In this document: positions 12,401 through 24,754 of the stretch, one piece after another
Numbering within the stretch: the stretch's first letter is position 1
How the letters are laid out: each line of letters begins with the position of its first letter
Source of the DNA: Phoronis australis
Taxonomy: Eukaryota; Animalia; Phoronida
Length of the DNA stretch: 64,000 nt
Direction: 5' to 3'
NCBI GenBank assembly: GCA_002633005.1
Contig: NMRA01000193.1
Span: 307,527-371,526 of the forward strand
Position numbers and translations under genes: made by a program
The notes under the pieces: model-generated
What the model saw: only the letters and a program-made list of their open reading frames with translations
Told to the model about the DNA's origin: nothing
Database searches by the model: none

Positions 12401-15400
12401 CAATGAGGCAAAAATCTGCCACCAGAAGGCACATTGGTAGCCGGAACATAGGAATACAAATTTTACAAAGATCTGGCAGAGAGTTAAAGATATACAGCCA
12501 CGGATGCAAAATAATCACAAGGGGCCACCACAGTAGTCAGACTGTTGAAAAGTCAACATCAGCTGTGACCACTAGGTGGTGATGAATACATCAAATTCAT
12601 CTGAAAATGACAAGGCGTCGTCACTCCCTTAATAAACCTATTTACCAAATTTCAAGGAACTCCAGAAATACAAAGGCAAACATAAAGAAATAAAATTGCC
12701 ATGAGTTGGCACTGTAGAATTCGGATTGGTCCAAAACTTGCTGCCATCTGTCGACAGCTTCATAGGAGCACATCTGCAAAATCTCATTAAGATCCTGCAA
12801 GGGATTCAGGTCAGGGATGACGACAATGTGCAACCACACTATATTTGAGTGCTTAAAACTTGAAAGCCTGTTCAGACTCACCGCCTCCTCTAAAAAGATC
12901 CACTTGTCTGGCAATACGGCAGCATCATCTACTGTTGCACATTGTTTGGCTGCTTCATAGAACCTTGATACAGGAATGTCCACCTAAAGCATAAGAGGTA
13001 ACCAATAAACAGAAGAAGTATTGGGTCCATTCTTTTACGCAATGGAAAAGGTTTATCCAGAGTTTTCAGTTATTGGTATGCCACGCAAGTTCAACTACAA
13101 GCCAAAAGTATTCAGGCCGAATCACTTGAAATTCCTTGACATGACAGCTTGGCAGAAGGTGAATTCATTGTCAGCGTACTCTCAGTTGCAATTAACCGGA
13201 AAGTTAGTACTGTGGCTAAGCCATTTGCTAAGTAGAATTTTGCCATCCAAATAGTCATTACCAGTTATTATGAGGTTAACAGAATTGGCAGTTTACATTC
13301 AGTTCTTGGCCAAAGTATTATTAAAAACCTGACAACCAGCGCGCACGGCTACCGAAAACTTCATATTTCAAAAAACACAATACCGATGCAATGTTTCACT
13401 TTTACACAGAACGATGCTCTTAAATAAAAGTGAAATGCTGCATCTGTATTACGTTTCTTGCAAAATATTTAATTATATGATTTTTTTGGTAGCTGCGCTG
13501 GCTGTCAGGTTTTTAATAGAATTAGCTATTAAGACAGGAAAATGGTATTTTATCTGTTACTTTTGTCTTTTACTGTAGCTTGATTTTTGCGGATAATTTG
13601 AAGCTTTGCATTTATGAAAAATTTAGCAGGTTAAAATTCTGACAGCTACTAATGCATGAGATTAAGTGAAGTTTTACATCTCTTTAGCTACATTTGCTTT
13701 CATCACGTAATCTTACAGTAAAAACATAATTTTCGGAGTTATTATTCAAACCAAATCAAGCCATATACACTGCATTCAGCATACGCTGCATTCAGCATAC
13801 GCTGCATTCAGCATACGCTGCATTCAGCATACGCTGCATTCAGCATACGCTGCATTCAGCATACGCTGCATTCAGCATACGCTGCATTCAGCATACGCTG
13901 CATTCAGCATACGCTGCATTCAGCATACGCTACATTCAGCATGTGCTACATTCAGTATACACAACAGTCAGAAGGCTGCTATAAATCTGGCTTATTTTAA
14001 AACATAACTTTTGATAAAGAACACTTACCACTGTGAAATTGGTCACACAACTTTTTACTTACAAGATTAGAAGAGATTCCTGGGTTTGGGGAAGACCGTC
14101 AGGTCGTTATCGCTTGAAACTATTCTCAATACATAAAATGACCCACTGTGACAAACCAACTCATCGACACAGTCTCAGTTTTTGGTTTGCTATTTCTCAC
14201 CAAACCCAGAAATCATTTCAATTCTAGCAAGGACCAAATTGCTATCAGCTTTATAATGGTAAATGATAAAAGTTAAATGCTACTACACAACACCTGAAAT
14301 AACTGATCTTGTGGAGCATCACAAAATAACAAACCACTGAAGAGATAGCTGAAGGTTACACGTAAATATTCCTTTTCAGTAATGCGAAATACAATCTTTC
14401 ATCAATGTTTTCTTGCATCAGGAATTGAATTTAAACATACAAAAACATTAATCACTTTTCTGCTTTCTAGATCTGGGGCCTGTTCCAAAAAAATGACTTA
14501 AGTTCATTTTTGACTTAAATCTAAAATTTGTCTCAAATTCCGAGCTTTGAAAGTTCTACATCTGATAAGATAGTCAAAATTAAGACAAAAGTTAAGTCAA
14601 AAACTTAAGTCCAACATAAGATCTCTGTTTTGAAATGATCTTGAGACTGATTTAAGTCTTATCTTAAAATTGACTGAAAGTTAAGATCTATCTTAGCTAA
14701 GTCAATTTTCTTTGAACAGGGCCCAGACTTCTTGCATTCAGTTGTTGACACTTCAGCGTGAGGTATGCACATGAGAAACAGCGGTCAAATACAATAAACT
14801 CAAACTTTTGATTCTGCTGCATTTTAGATGATAAAGACAGCTGCAACATTTCATTGACAATCAGGCTCTCTAATCTTCATTTCAGAAACTGACGGTGCAC
14901 TTGCTAGCTCATCAGTCGTGACACAATGTGGCACCACCTCTAAATGAATGAAGTACAAGGAATAAATAAAGTACTAGGGCACCAGCTCTACATTTTTAAA
15001 CCACAATCTTGTGTTACTAAACCATAGTATTCCAATAACAAATTGAACATAGCAACAGAGGGTTGCACTTACTGTGTCACTGTGATTTTCAGGGTATGGT
15101 TCAGCAAAACCGTACAAATGTAACAGTTGCCAGTTTGCCAAGGATCCATATGTGTTGAATACTTCCTCACCCTGGAATCAATGACGAGATCTTAATAGAA
15201 ACAACTCATGAATTTTGGAGTAGCATAAGAGACTCTTGGCAAAATTTTATGAAAAACCAGCAAAAAGTAGCTCAGAAATTTACCTAAGACATATTTCCAA
15301 AAATCGTGTACTTTTAAGCAGATCTCAGACAACTGGGTCTTTTGCCATTTCACTGAAAATTTTGTAAAAAAGACCGCATGCTCTTTAGAATGCAAAAATC

Positions 15401-18400
15401 ATACTTAAAAAAGTAGGAAATTGTTGTAGCATTACATGATTCCAGAATGAAATGAATTAACCACAGCAATCTGATCATATAGGTAGGGACGTGACAAAAA
15501 AATTCAAATTCTTATATAATATTTAAAAATGCATTTATTTAAAAAAACATCAAAAACAAATTCAAACAAAAAAAATTAACAAAATCCGTTGAGCCGTTGA
15601 CTTTTTATGAACGTTTGAAGAGCGATAATTAGCCCTTTTCTAGTCCACTGAATAACATGGGAATTAAGGCGCATTTATCATGATTTATGTGACTCAAAAT
15701 TAGTTTTTTCACAATAACTTCCTCAATACTTTTAATAACAACATGAAAATTTCAGGATATGACAATCCTAGCATTTACTTGGTGAGAAACATTTTTAAGA
15801 CAACAAAAAATTCCAAATTCCAAAATGGCCGACAACATGGCCACCATTATGACTGCAAAAACGTCTTATTGTTTTACGTTAATGAACTATATGGTGTAAT
15901 ATACCATTAACGAACTATATGCTGTGATATACCAAACGATAGGTCTTTTCATTGCTTTTCTGAAGAGAATGGTGAAAAACATGTTTAGGGAATATTTTCG
16001 ACATTTCCGCAACAGCTGCCAAAATGGCTGCCAACACTACTGCATTAACGACCACAAGAAGAGATTGATTCAGCAACCATGATGTACACGTAATATATGA
16101 ATATTAAAGGTGTTTTTATGAACTGCAACGATATCATACAATTGTGTTATGCATACATGTTTATTTTGTACAAAATGGCTGCCAAGATGGCTGCCAAGAT
16201 GGCTGCCACCCATAACAGAAAAGTAGTTGTAGTAATACAATTTTACAAGATAAATGAAACAAAAACGAGATTCGTTCAACTTTAAGAACAAATTTTTGTT
16301 TGACCGGCAACAAGACTACCCAGAGGTTCAAAAGTCCATCTGTAACAAATACAAGGGCACACTAAGTGCATCGCACAGATACAAAGGATCGTCATTATTT
16401 TAATCCCACTAGGGGGTGCAATGCGGATGGAGCAAATGCACTAGAAAATTTAGATAATGCAGAATACATCAAATATGTCTGAAAATGGGAATGCATTGTA
16501 GTCTCCTTAATAGAAACTTAACTACCAAGTTTCATGAAAATCCATCAATGAACTCTAAAGATACACAAGAAAACACACAAAAAAGTTGCCCTTGGGGGCA
16601 CACAAACTGATTCCTTTTTTCTTTTGTTCAGTGGTAATTTTCTGGCGCTTTATCTGCTGTGTCAAATGTTTGACCTGACATGCTTTTGCAGACTTCAGTG
16701 AAGACTTGAGATCATGAATGGTTTTCTTTTCCATCGAAACATACTGTAGCCGTCTCTTTAGTTTTTGTTTCCTAGGTGTTAGGGCTTCTCGCTTAGAGGA
16801 TGGTGTTGAGGTGGATGGCTCTGATTCAACTGAAGGGACACCTTCAAGCTCTGGTTGTCAGCTCAGGAAATACAGGTTCATGGTGAGGGTCAGCAACCGC
16901 GCAAGACACAGGTTCTTCACTGGGTTCAGGAACGAGAGGAAACAACTCTTCGCACACTTTAAACTGGGACATTCTTCTTTCATTTGAAACTGATTGATAC
17001 TCTTTAGTGACCTATTCACCAGCGAGTTGATATATTGCTTCTAGTCATTTTCCAATTACCAATAAGTTCACGCTTTAAAGTTGACACTATCTTAGTCAGT
17101 GATTTGTTGCACTGTAAGAACACATAGAGGGCATATCCATTTTTCATGTTTTCACTGGGAACAGAATTGAAGTTCTCTTGCAGGAACTGTCTCGCTTTGC
17201 CAGATTGAGATAGAGCTGACAACTTTTTTGGAGGTATTCTGAAANNNNNNNNNNNNNNNNNNNNNNNNNNNNNNNNNNNNNNNNNNNNNNNNNNNNNNNN
17301 TTCTTCTCTTCATACACCTCCCCCCGCCCCCTCCCCACTCCCCAGCAACTTTTTGCTCCCCGGACCACCGCCGCCGTAAAAATGTTCAGACTCCAATAGA
17401 AACAATCATGTTCCAGCTGAAGCGGGCAATTAAAAACAAAATTATTCCGGGTGGCTAAAAAGGGTACAGTGTAGGTGGTAACGATATGCAGAAAGTCACC
17501 CCTACTAGATGGAGTTTGCCTCGCAAAATCATATTATTATAACGTTTCTTACCATTGTAGCCTTTTAATATCTTATTACCGCAAACACTCAGGTTAACGA
17601 CTATGCTAACGCACAAGCCTACTCCCTATCTTTGAAGTGTTTCACAATAAGCGCTCACTGATCTACTAAGCGTTCCCCCTCAACTTTTGAGAATTTCCAA
17701 TTAAGCGCCCACAGTTTAGGCTAACGCCCATCATATCGCACTACAAACGACCGAGCGTGGTTTAAAATTGACTTGCAGCCTATATGGTGTGTCACTCTCA
17801 TTTTACACAACAAATTCCATTTTCAAAAAACATCTTTTCTCAATATGTAAAAACCAAATCCCGGCTTTGTTTTATACCTCCGAAAGAAAGTTAGCACTAG
17901 TGACATGCATGTCGTTTTGTGACTGACCTATTTTTCCCGTACCTGGAAGGTATTGAGCAAACTTGCCATTACCAGATGGAAACTCGCACGGAGGGAGTCG
18001 GGAATTATTTGGAGGCTATTCACTTCATGGAAAACTAATTGTTGAGTACAGAAACAGCATAAGTACCACACTTTTGTTGTGAACTTTGCACTGAATTGTT
18101 TATTCGGTTAAAGCATCTTTTCACGGATTTTTTTCGACAGACGTTTCTCAAACATGAGTTAAGTTGCAAAATTTGGGCTGCGAACAAAAAGCGGAGGGAA
18201 TTTGCCCTCGGAGTTAGTTTGAATCTTTAACGACTTTGATGACAGCCAGTAGCAGGTCAGACCTAGCAAAATCTCGGATACTTTTTCAACGTGCATTTTC
18301 TCCCTTTTCAAATGCAAACTTAGCTACTCGAATGCACGTGTCAGTTAGATAGCACTAATTCAACTTTCACGTCGGGAATTTGACTTGCGCTCTAGAGACT

Positions 18401-21400
18401 TTCAATGGCAGTCGTGAAGAACAGTAACGCTGTACCTATGAACGAAGTCAGTTTTGGGATCTGAAATTTGTGAGTATTTAACGCGGCAGGAAAGAGCATA
18501 ATCTCAATGATCTAAAATCAATTTTGGCGCGTAAAAATGGCGGGAAAATTTTGTGACCTGGCATTTATGAATGCGAGCTTGATTTTGGAAATGCGACCTA
18601 GGATTCTGGCTAGGTTGCAAAATGCGACCTGGCCATTTTAATAGCGTCGAGCCCTGACAACAAAAATTAGGCACCTGCAAGTTGAATGTCTAACACATTA
18701 TCCAAATGGCACTTAGGTCAATTCTACTTAATAAATGCACATACTTCCAAGTGACTAACTTGCAACCTGCTGGGGAGCTCAACTCCAACAGAATGTTGAG
18801 GCTTCAGTCAATCAATGTCGTAATGCAAGGGACTTAGCTTGATTTGGTGCTCGGCTGCAGTGCCTGCCGCTGAACATATTAAGACAGCCACAAAACAGAC
18901 AAAAATTCAAACTAAACTTAACATAATTGCATGACTTGTTATGCCTATTAATAATGATTGCAGTAAATATTTGACGTTCTCATCTCCTATTAGGATATTG
19001 ATGACATATGGCATTTTTTGATTCACCGTCTGCTCTGCGATGAGCTCAATAACCAAGTATTACAGAAAGAGTTTCTGCCAATGCTAATGAGACCTCAGCT
19101 TCCAAACAAGAAAACTAAAAAAAAGAAAATGAACTGAAAAGGAAGATGAATATGTGCCAGATTTGCTGAACAATGGTACGGAGAAGGTAAGCCATAGACA
19201 TATATAACTAAAACAAAACCCCTTTATAACACTTTGGATTGTGTTACCCAAAAAAATCACACACATCCATCCGAAAGTACATAAGGTTCTTTTTGATTGA
19301 AGCAACCATAAAATCAGAAATCATCCGTTTAATGATAAACTTAGTACCAAATGGTCCAGCTAAAACTTATCATTTGACCAGACAGGGAATACTAGTTGTT
19401 TTAAGCTTTACATACCTGAATTTATCAGGGTGGGCCTTAATAAAAGGGAGCACGATATCCATGAACTCCTGCTGAATGAAAGACAGATCTCTCCCCACCA
19501 TTTCAATAACTCCTGTGTTCTTCAACTGTGTATGAAGCATGTCTCTGGAGAAATATGAACAGCAACCTTCTTAATGTTACCGTCACAGAGGTATAAAATA
19601 CTTTCTAATAAAGAAGTAACAAGTTACTCATAAAGGTTCCACTGAAGTTCCAGATACAAGTAAAATTATCAGAGACAAAAATGAATGAGTTCTTGCATTA
19701 GTTTTCCATGAAAAGAATTTACCTAATGAAAGAATGGTAACACACAGTTGAATGGAGTGAAAATGCGGAAGATGGAAACAAAATGCAACAAGTAAAAAAA
19801 TGGGAGACAACTTTGTAGTCTGTAGGCCACGTGTAAAGCATCTTTTGTGCCTGTAACAATTCCGTTTGCTTCAAACGATCCAACTGCAGTAAATGTTAAA
19901 AGTAATTGAAAATAGCACCCTCCCCATCATGAAAGGCTATGACGGTGAACTACGCTTGCGGCTTGCACTCAAGCGACAGGACGGGGAATTCCGAGTTATT
20001 TTATCTAATTGCTGTTGGCTTTCATTATTAATTGTCTTGGCAAACCTTCAAAATTGCACATTCAGGTAAATAGGTTCCAAATCGACAACAGTGCAGTCAA
20101 TTACATTCCAAGGATAGATTGAAACCACTATGTAATTTGAATGACACCTATACTAACCTGTCCCAGAACATGGCCAGGTGAAGGCTATCAAAGTCAGGTA
20201 CTAGTTGAAGGTAAGGCCGCCACTTAGAGTGGGGACTGGTATACTCATGCATGAGAGCCAGTAACAGGGGCACCCAACCACTCATGCTCTGGATTGAAGC
20301 AGCATCTGAAGTATGGTGTCAGATCAGGTAAGAGATCACACAAGCAAAACAAGCAGTCACAAGATGATGAAATGTGGTCTGAAAATGTTTACAGGTTGTT
20401 CATAAAGCTGCACTTTGTCTTGTTCATTTAGAGGGAATCAAAGCAGGCTTTTTACTCACATAAAACTGATCTCGAGCATAATATTCCTTACTGAGACAGG
20501 GTTCTATCCATTAGCAACTCAAGTCACACCTATTGCTTACATGTTGTGTCATTATCTAAATTTCAATTTTAGTGTTGGCTAACACCAAGTCACAGATATT
20601 GTGTACATGTACCATTTTTGAATTCAAAATTTTCGTTGGCCAACACAATAAATGGAAACAAAAACCCTACCACCGAAAGAAAAGTCATGAGAGCAATTTT
20701 CTTAGATTAAAATGCATAATTAAGTTTTGTTTTTTACCCAGATAAACATGGCAAATGCAGCTTTAGTTACCCTTTTCCAGCTGTTCAGCTATGGCAGATG
20801 TCGATGGGTGGAGAAGACATGATCGTGGTATCTTGAACAAAGTTTCACCTTGGTCCAGGTCAGCTAATGCCATCATGCCATACTGGGCCCGTGAATTCTC
20901 CTTCGTGATACGGACCTAACCAAATAGAACAAAAACAAGCATTATAGAACATCCTAGTATTTATCTATTCATCCAATAGGGATGGAAACAATTGATGTTA
21001 AAACTCTTACAATATTCCTACATCGCACATTTATGCTCAAACCAGGAAAGCTGAGCATATGAGCAACTAGGCAAATACATCGCTCTGTAATGCCACAGGC
21101 ATACAGGGGCAATCGTACACTCCCATAAAAAGCTACTCATCTCAAAATACAGTGGACAAAATCGAATGAAACATAGATACACACGCATGGACTTATTATT
21201 AACACATACCATGACCCTAGAGACAATTTAGTCAACAGAACTTGAACATATCCATGAAAACCTGTCGCGGTTTGCTCAAGCTCCCTTCACCGGGTGCCAT
21301 TTTGAGGGAGTTACACGAAATCATGCCTGTTGACAAACAAAAAGTACAAGGGACACAAATCTTACAAATTCCACCAGATATCTGCCCATGCTATTTTTTC

Positions 21401-24400
21401 TACAAGTGTCGATGCGCCAGGTCTCGGGCTTCCCTCAGTCTTGCGCTTGACCTTGGCTAACTCAAGTGACATCAGTTGCAATACTTTGTGGTGAAATACG
21501 CACAGTGAAAAAGTTGATTGTGACCAAAAAAGTGGAGTTGGAAATCTTTGCCAAAGTCATCTTAATTTCTGTAGACGTGCTTCATCAAAGATATGTACAA
21601 AACCAGAAAGGATTGCTGAAGAAAGTAAGCACTTTTTTAAGAGATAATTTTAAGTATAAAATGTTACTATTTTTGATGAGATGAAAACCTCTTATTAAGT
21701 GAACAGAATTTACCTACTGCATGTTTAAAATACAGTACACAGGATGAAATTAGTACAAAAAGTGATAGGGAGCATTGTAGCCCTCTATAGCCAACTGAGG
21801 GGCTATGTGTTGTCTAATGAGCTACTTGCGCACAGTACACTTCTCAGTCAATGTTCCGTTTACCATCAAACTTAACTTGAAACAAGTGACACTTTCTTCT
21901 TGAGCCTTGCCCAGACAACTTTTAGAAACAAAATTGTTAAATACGATATAGTTCCTACTAATGAAAGATCCTTAGCTGTTTAAAATACTCTTCAAAAGGA
22001 GCAAATAAGTCGATACTTTGCAAGACACTGGCTAATGTCCTAATTAGTAATGCTAATGGCAGAAACATAGCAACTAAGAATCTATTGTGTTTTTTCACTC
22101 AGTTTAGTCATCGTATTACATCACTTACTGTTGTCGTTTATCACCACTTTTTTAGAGTAGAGGATAGAGTAACACTTTCCATTCCTAGAACTTTCTGTTT
22201 GTCAGAATACGGTACTGCATCCCTTATTTGTTTGTCTCATTTGATTGGTTAATTCGTGTTTCTCTAGTCTCTATATATATCATTTTCACATGTATTTCAG
22301 TAGTAGTAGCAGTAGCATTATGAGCAGTATTTAGTAGTATTAGGAGTTGTTTTCCCACATTGAGAGTTGTTCTCCTCATGTAACGTTTGCAGTCATCTCT
22401 TGTTCTTGTCTACGAACCACATCTGCGCATGACGGCCAAACCGCATTTTTCCCGTATGCCACAAATCTTGTAATAGTCGGATATACAGGTCCCTGATTTG
22501 AGTACCAGTTACTCAATGATTAACGCCTGTTACTCAGTGGTAGTAATTGGTTCTCAAACCAATTTTAAATCGGGAACCCACCAAGACTCGAATCGAAATA
22601 GGAGTCTGACAGTAAAAAATAACCAAGCTATGTCAAAGCCTGGTACAGGCCTGCCCTACACATTTCACAAATGTAAACTCAAGCTTTGAGTGACTGGCCA
22701 TCTGCCAGCTGAGTCAAGCCTTGAACAATATCCTATCCTGGCTGCCTACTAGCCAGCTGGGTCAAGCCTTGAACAATATCCTAACCTAGCTGCCTACTAC
22801 AGGGCTTGGAATGACCAATGACAAAAAATGCGGAAACTTTGAAACTTTTACGGCCCAAATCATGCCCGATAACCAGTCTTGAAATGGTCAATATTAACCT
22901 TTCCCCGACAAAAATCGGGAGGACTAAAAAAAAACAAAAAAACGTTACCACCATCAGTAGCATGCGTCTGCGTCCTTTTAGCTCGCCCATCCACTCCCAA
23001 CCCACACATTTTTGGCTGCAGAGCGGTAGTATTTGTCGCCGCGCTTAACAATAACACGAGACGCCATTGAAAATCCCACCACGCTGTCCCAGATGCCCCG
23101 GCAATGTTGACAATTTACGTTCCTCCGAAACATAAGAGCAACTTCCGCTTTTCGAGGTGAATGTCGTCTGCAACGCCGCGGTAAGAAAGGAATTTGCCGC
23201 GGAAATTTTATATCAAATCCGATTTTTTACGCGGAAATATTATAAAAAAAGCGGAAAGCACATTTGAAAAAAGCGGAAATCCTCGTTTCCGCGGAAAATT
23301 CCAAGCCCTGCTACTAGCCAGCCAGCTAGCTGCATGAAGACTACCATCAAAATACAGCTAAGAACTACTGTGTGATAATCTCCAATAGGCCTTGAAATTT
23401 CACATCGCCCGGGTAGTTTTGCTCATCACCTCGCCATGAAACTTACATCAACAATTAGAGCTAACGACTGGTGAGGGTGCATGCAAAATCTGAGGTTACC
23501 TTGCCCTTTGAACCGATATTCACCTTGCCTGTAGCATCTAAGTGAAAAACAATCTAAAGATGTCATTTTCTAGCATCATTCTTCCCCTTTTGCAACAAAG
23601 AAGATTCGTTTCGAAAACAGTACACTCATGACAAGCGCAGTGTTGAAAATTGTGAGTAACCGATTTTGGGAACTGAATGAGGGACTGCTCGAAGAAAAAG
23701 TTTGATGCACAGGCATCCGATCCTCAGCTTCTGATTGTCCCCAATACACTACATATAATACTACAAGGTATTACACTCCGGGCTAGAAATTCCATGGCTG
23801 CTTCGATTCAGCCGTCCATATCAAACACATAACTCAATAAAGTTACACAAAACAGGGGTTCAACAAACCACGAACAATTGTTCTTTCTTATAATACCATC
23901 CACAGTGTCTTGTCCTGGTGAAATTCGCAGTCAAAGAACAAAAATGTAACGCCTCGATGTCAAGGACGGTACCGAAATTGATGTCAATAACGCCGTCCAT
24001 CCGTAATTCATTGGCAATTTCCGTACCGTCGTTGACCTCGAGCCGTCACAGTTGTGTGTTCGGACTTTTTGGGAACATTTTTGTTCTTTGACTGCGAATT
24101 TCTTACGAAGTCGTCGCAACAGGACACCGTGGATGGTATTATAAGAAAGAACAATTGTTCATGGTTTGTTGAACCCCTGTTTTGTGTAACTTTATTGAGT
24201 TATGTGTTTGATATGGACGGCTGAATCGAAGCAGCCGTGGAATTTCTAGCCCGGAGTGTCATACCTTGTAGTATTATATGTTGTGTATTGGGGACGATCA
24301 GAGGCTGAGGATGCCTGTGGTTTGATGACGGGAGTATTTGATCAAGTTGGAAGGAATTAAATACATCGACGGCCTCCTAAGGTGTCACTCTATGCGCAAA

Positions 24401-24754
24401 AGGTATTTATAACAACGTAGCATTGATGTTTTAGTCAGTGCGAGACATAATTCGCCGAAAATCTTCCGGCGTAGGAGGTTCACTCATTCACTGTCTCTAC
24501 TGCGGAGCCAGTACTGCAGACAGTGCAGTACTACAGTAGTAGAGACAGTCAGTGGACACTGTCTAGCTCAGTTTCAGACTTTCAGTCAAAGCACAAGACC
24601 AATTCCGACAGGATACCTTGGAACTTAACATAAAATTGTTCTCAGTGCACCACGAAAGGAAATCCTGAAGACGTTTTTCGCCAACATCTTCTTTCGATTT
24701 CTTTTGACCTTTTTCTCCATCACTTTCACGCCTTCGCTTTATGGGGGAAGCCAT
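9259..24754 (-). CDS. SETD6: N-lysine methyltransferase SETD6-like (SET plus Rubisco-LSMT substrate-binding domain); model incomplete in the middle
   Basis: Exons 24617-24754, 20771-20915, 20158-20305, 19416-19544, [missing], 15073-15171, 12882-12983, 11830-11910, 10374-10470, 9732-9777, 9259-9424. SETD6-like motifs: [80 protein letters not shown]. Confidence 0.9.
9732..9777 (-). CDS. SETD6: SETD6 small exon
   Basis: [15 protein letters not shown]; ttcag acceptor, gtaagt donor. Confidence 0.82.
10374..10470 (-). CDS. SETD6: SETD6 exon
   Basis: [32 protein letters not shown]; acidic stretch typical of SETD6. Confidence 0.8.
10781..11272. mobile_element. PIF/Harbinger-type MITE (copy 1)
   Basis: TIRs AGGCCCTTTCATACT / AGTATGAAAGGGCCT with TAA on both flanks; second copy at 41508-41900. 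Confidence 0.85.
11830..11910 (-). CDS. SETD6: SETD6 exon
   Basis: [27 protein letters not shown]; atag acceptor, gtatg donor. Confidence 0.83.
12882..12983 (-). CDS. SETD6: SETD6 exon
   Basis: [14 protein letters not shown]...DKWIFLEEA; ttag acceptor, gtgagt donor. Confidence 0.85.
13319..13518. mobile_element. Foldback MITE with TA/TTAA ends
   Basis: TATTAAAAACCTGACAACCAGCGC..GCTACC / GGTAGCTGCGCTGGCTGTCAGGTTTTTAATA, plus an internal hairpin. Confidence 0.75.
13770..13955. repeat. 16-bp minisatellite (CTGCATTCAGCATACG) x ~11.5
   Basis: Near-perfect tandem array read directly. Confidence 0.95.
14475..14724. mobile_element. Harbinger-like MITE (copy 1)
   Basis: GGGGCCTGTTC / GAACAGGGCCC termini with CT/AG flanks and repeated GACTTAAG subterminal motifs; related copy at 25527-25768. 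Confidence 0.75.
15073..15171 (-). CDS. SETD6: SETD6 exon, C-terminal end of the SET domain
   Basis: [33 protein letters not shown]; ttccag acceptor, gtaag donor; phase 0. Confidence 0.92.
15481..16285. mobile_element. Non-autonomous DNA-transposon-like fragment with repeated AAAATGGC(C/T)GCC motifs
   Basis: AT-rich segment with recurring aaaatggctgcc/aagatggctgcc; CTTTAA at the right end; boundaries uncertain. Confidence 0.4.
16600..17244 (-). pseudogene. Frameshifted coding remnant (probably transposon-derived) inside a SETD6 intron
   Basis: Manual translation gives ...[29 protein letters not shown] / [15 protein letters not shown] / [42 protein letters not shown] with frameshifts and stops; it runs into the N-gap. 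Confidence 0.45.
19416..19544 (-). CDS. SETD6: SETD6 exon 4
   Basis: [36 protein letters not shown]; ends in phase 2. Confidence 0.88.
20158..20305 (-). CDS. SETD6: SETD6 exon 3
   Basis: [31 protein letters not shown]...MFW; ttcag acceptor, gttag donor. Confidence 0.9.
20771..20915 (-). CDS. SETD6: SETD6 exon 2
   Basis: [40 protein letters not shown]; ttag acceptor, gtaac donor. Confidence 0.88.
22800..23310. mobile_element. hAT-like MITE with apparent 6-bp TSD, inserted in a ~48-bp tandem repeat
   Basis: Perfect TIRs CAGGGCTTGGAAT / ATTCCAAGCCCTG; CTACTA on both flanks; GCGGAAA subterminal repeats. Confidence 0.85.
23708..24319. mobile_element. Foldback element with ~200-240-bp arms and 8-bp TSD (P/hAT-like CA...TG termini)
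   Basis: 23708-23947 is the reverse complement of 24075-24319 with few mismatches and an indel; GTTTGATG at 23700-23707 and 24320-24327. Confidence 0.92.
24617..24754 (-). CDS. SETD6: SETD6 exon 1
   Basis: MASPIKRRR...LQDFLSWC...SSK; donor gtatcc. Confidence 0.85.

Noticed and set aside
13770-13955. Regular repeat arrays as possible CRISPR
   Set aside because: No unique spacers, eukaryotic context, no cas genes.
14850-14938. Possible alternative terminal SETD6 exon ([13 protein letters not shown]...*)
   Set aside because: Weak GAG acceptor, no homology, and not needed for the gene model.
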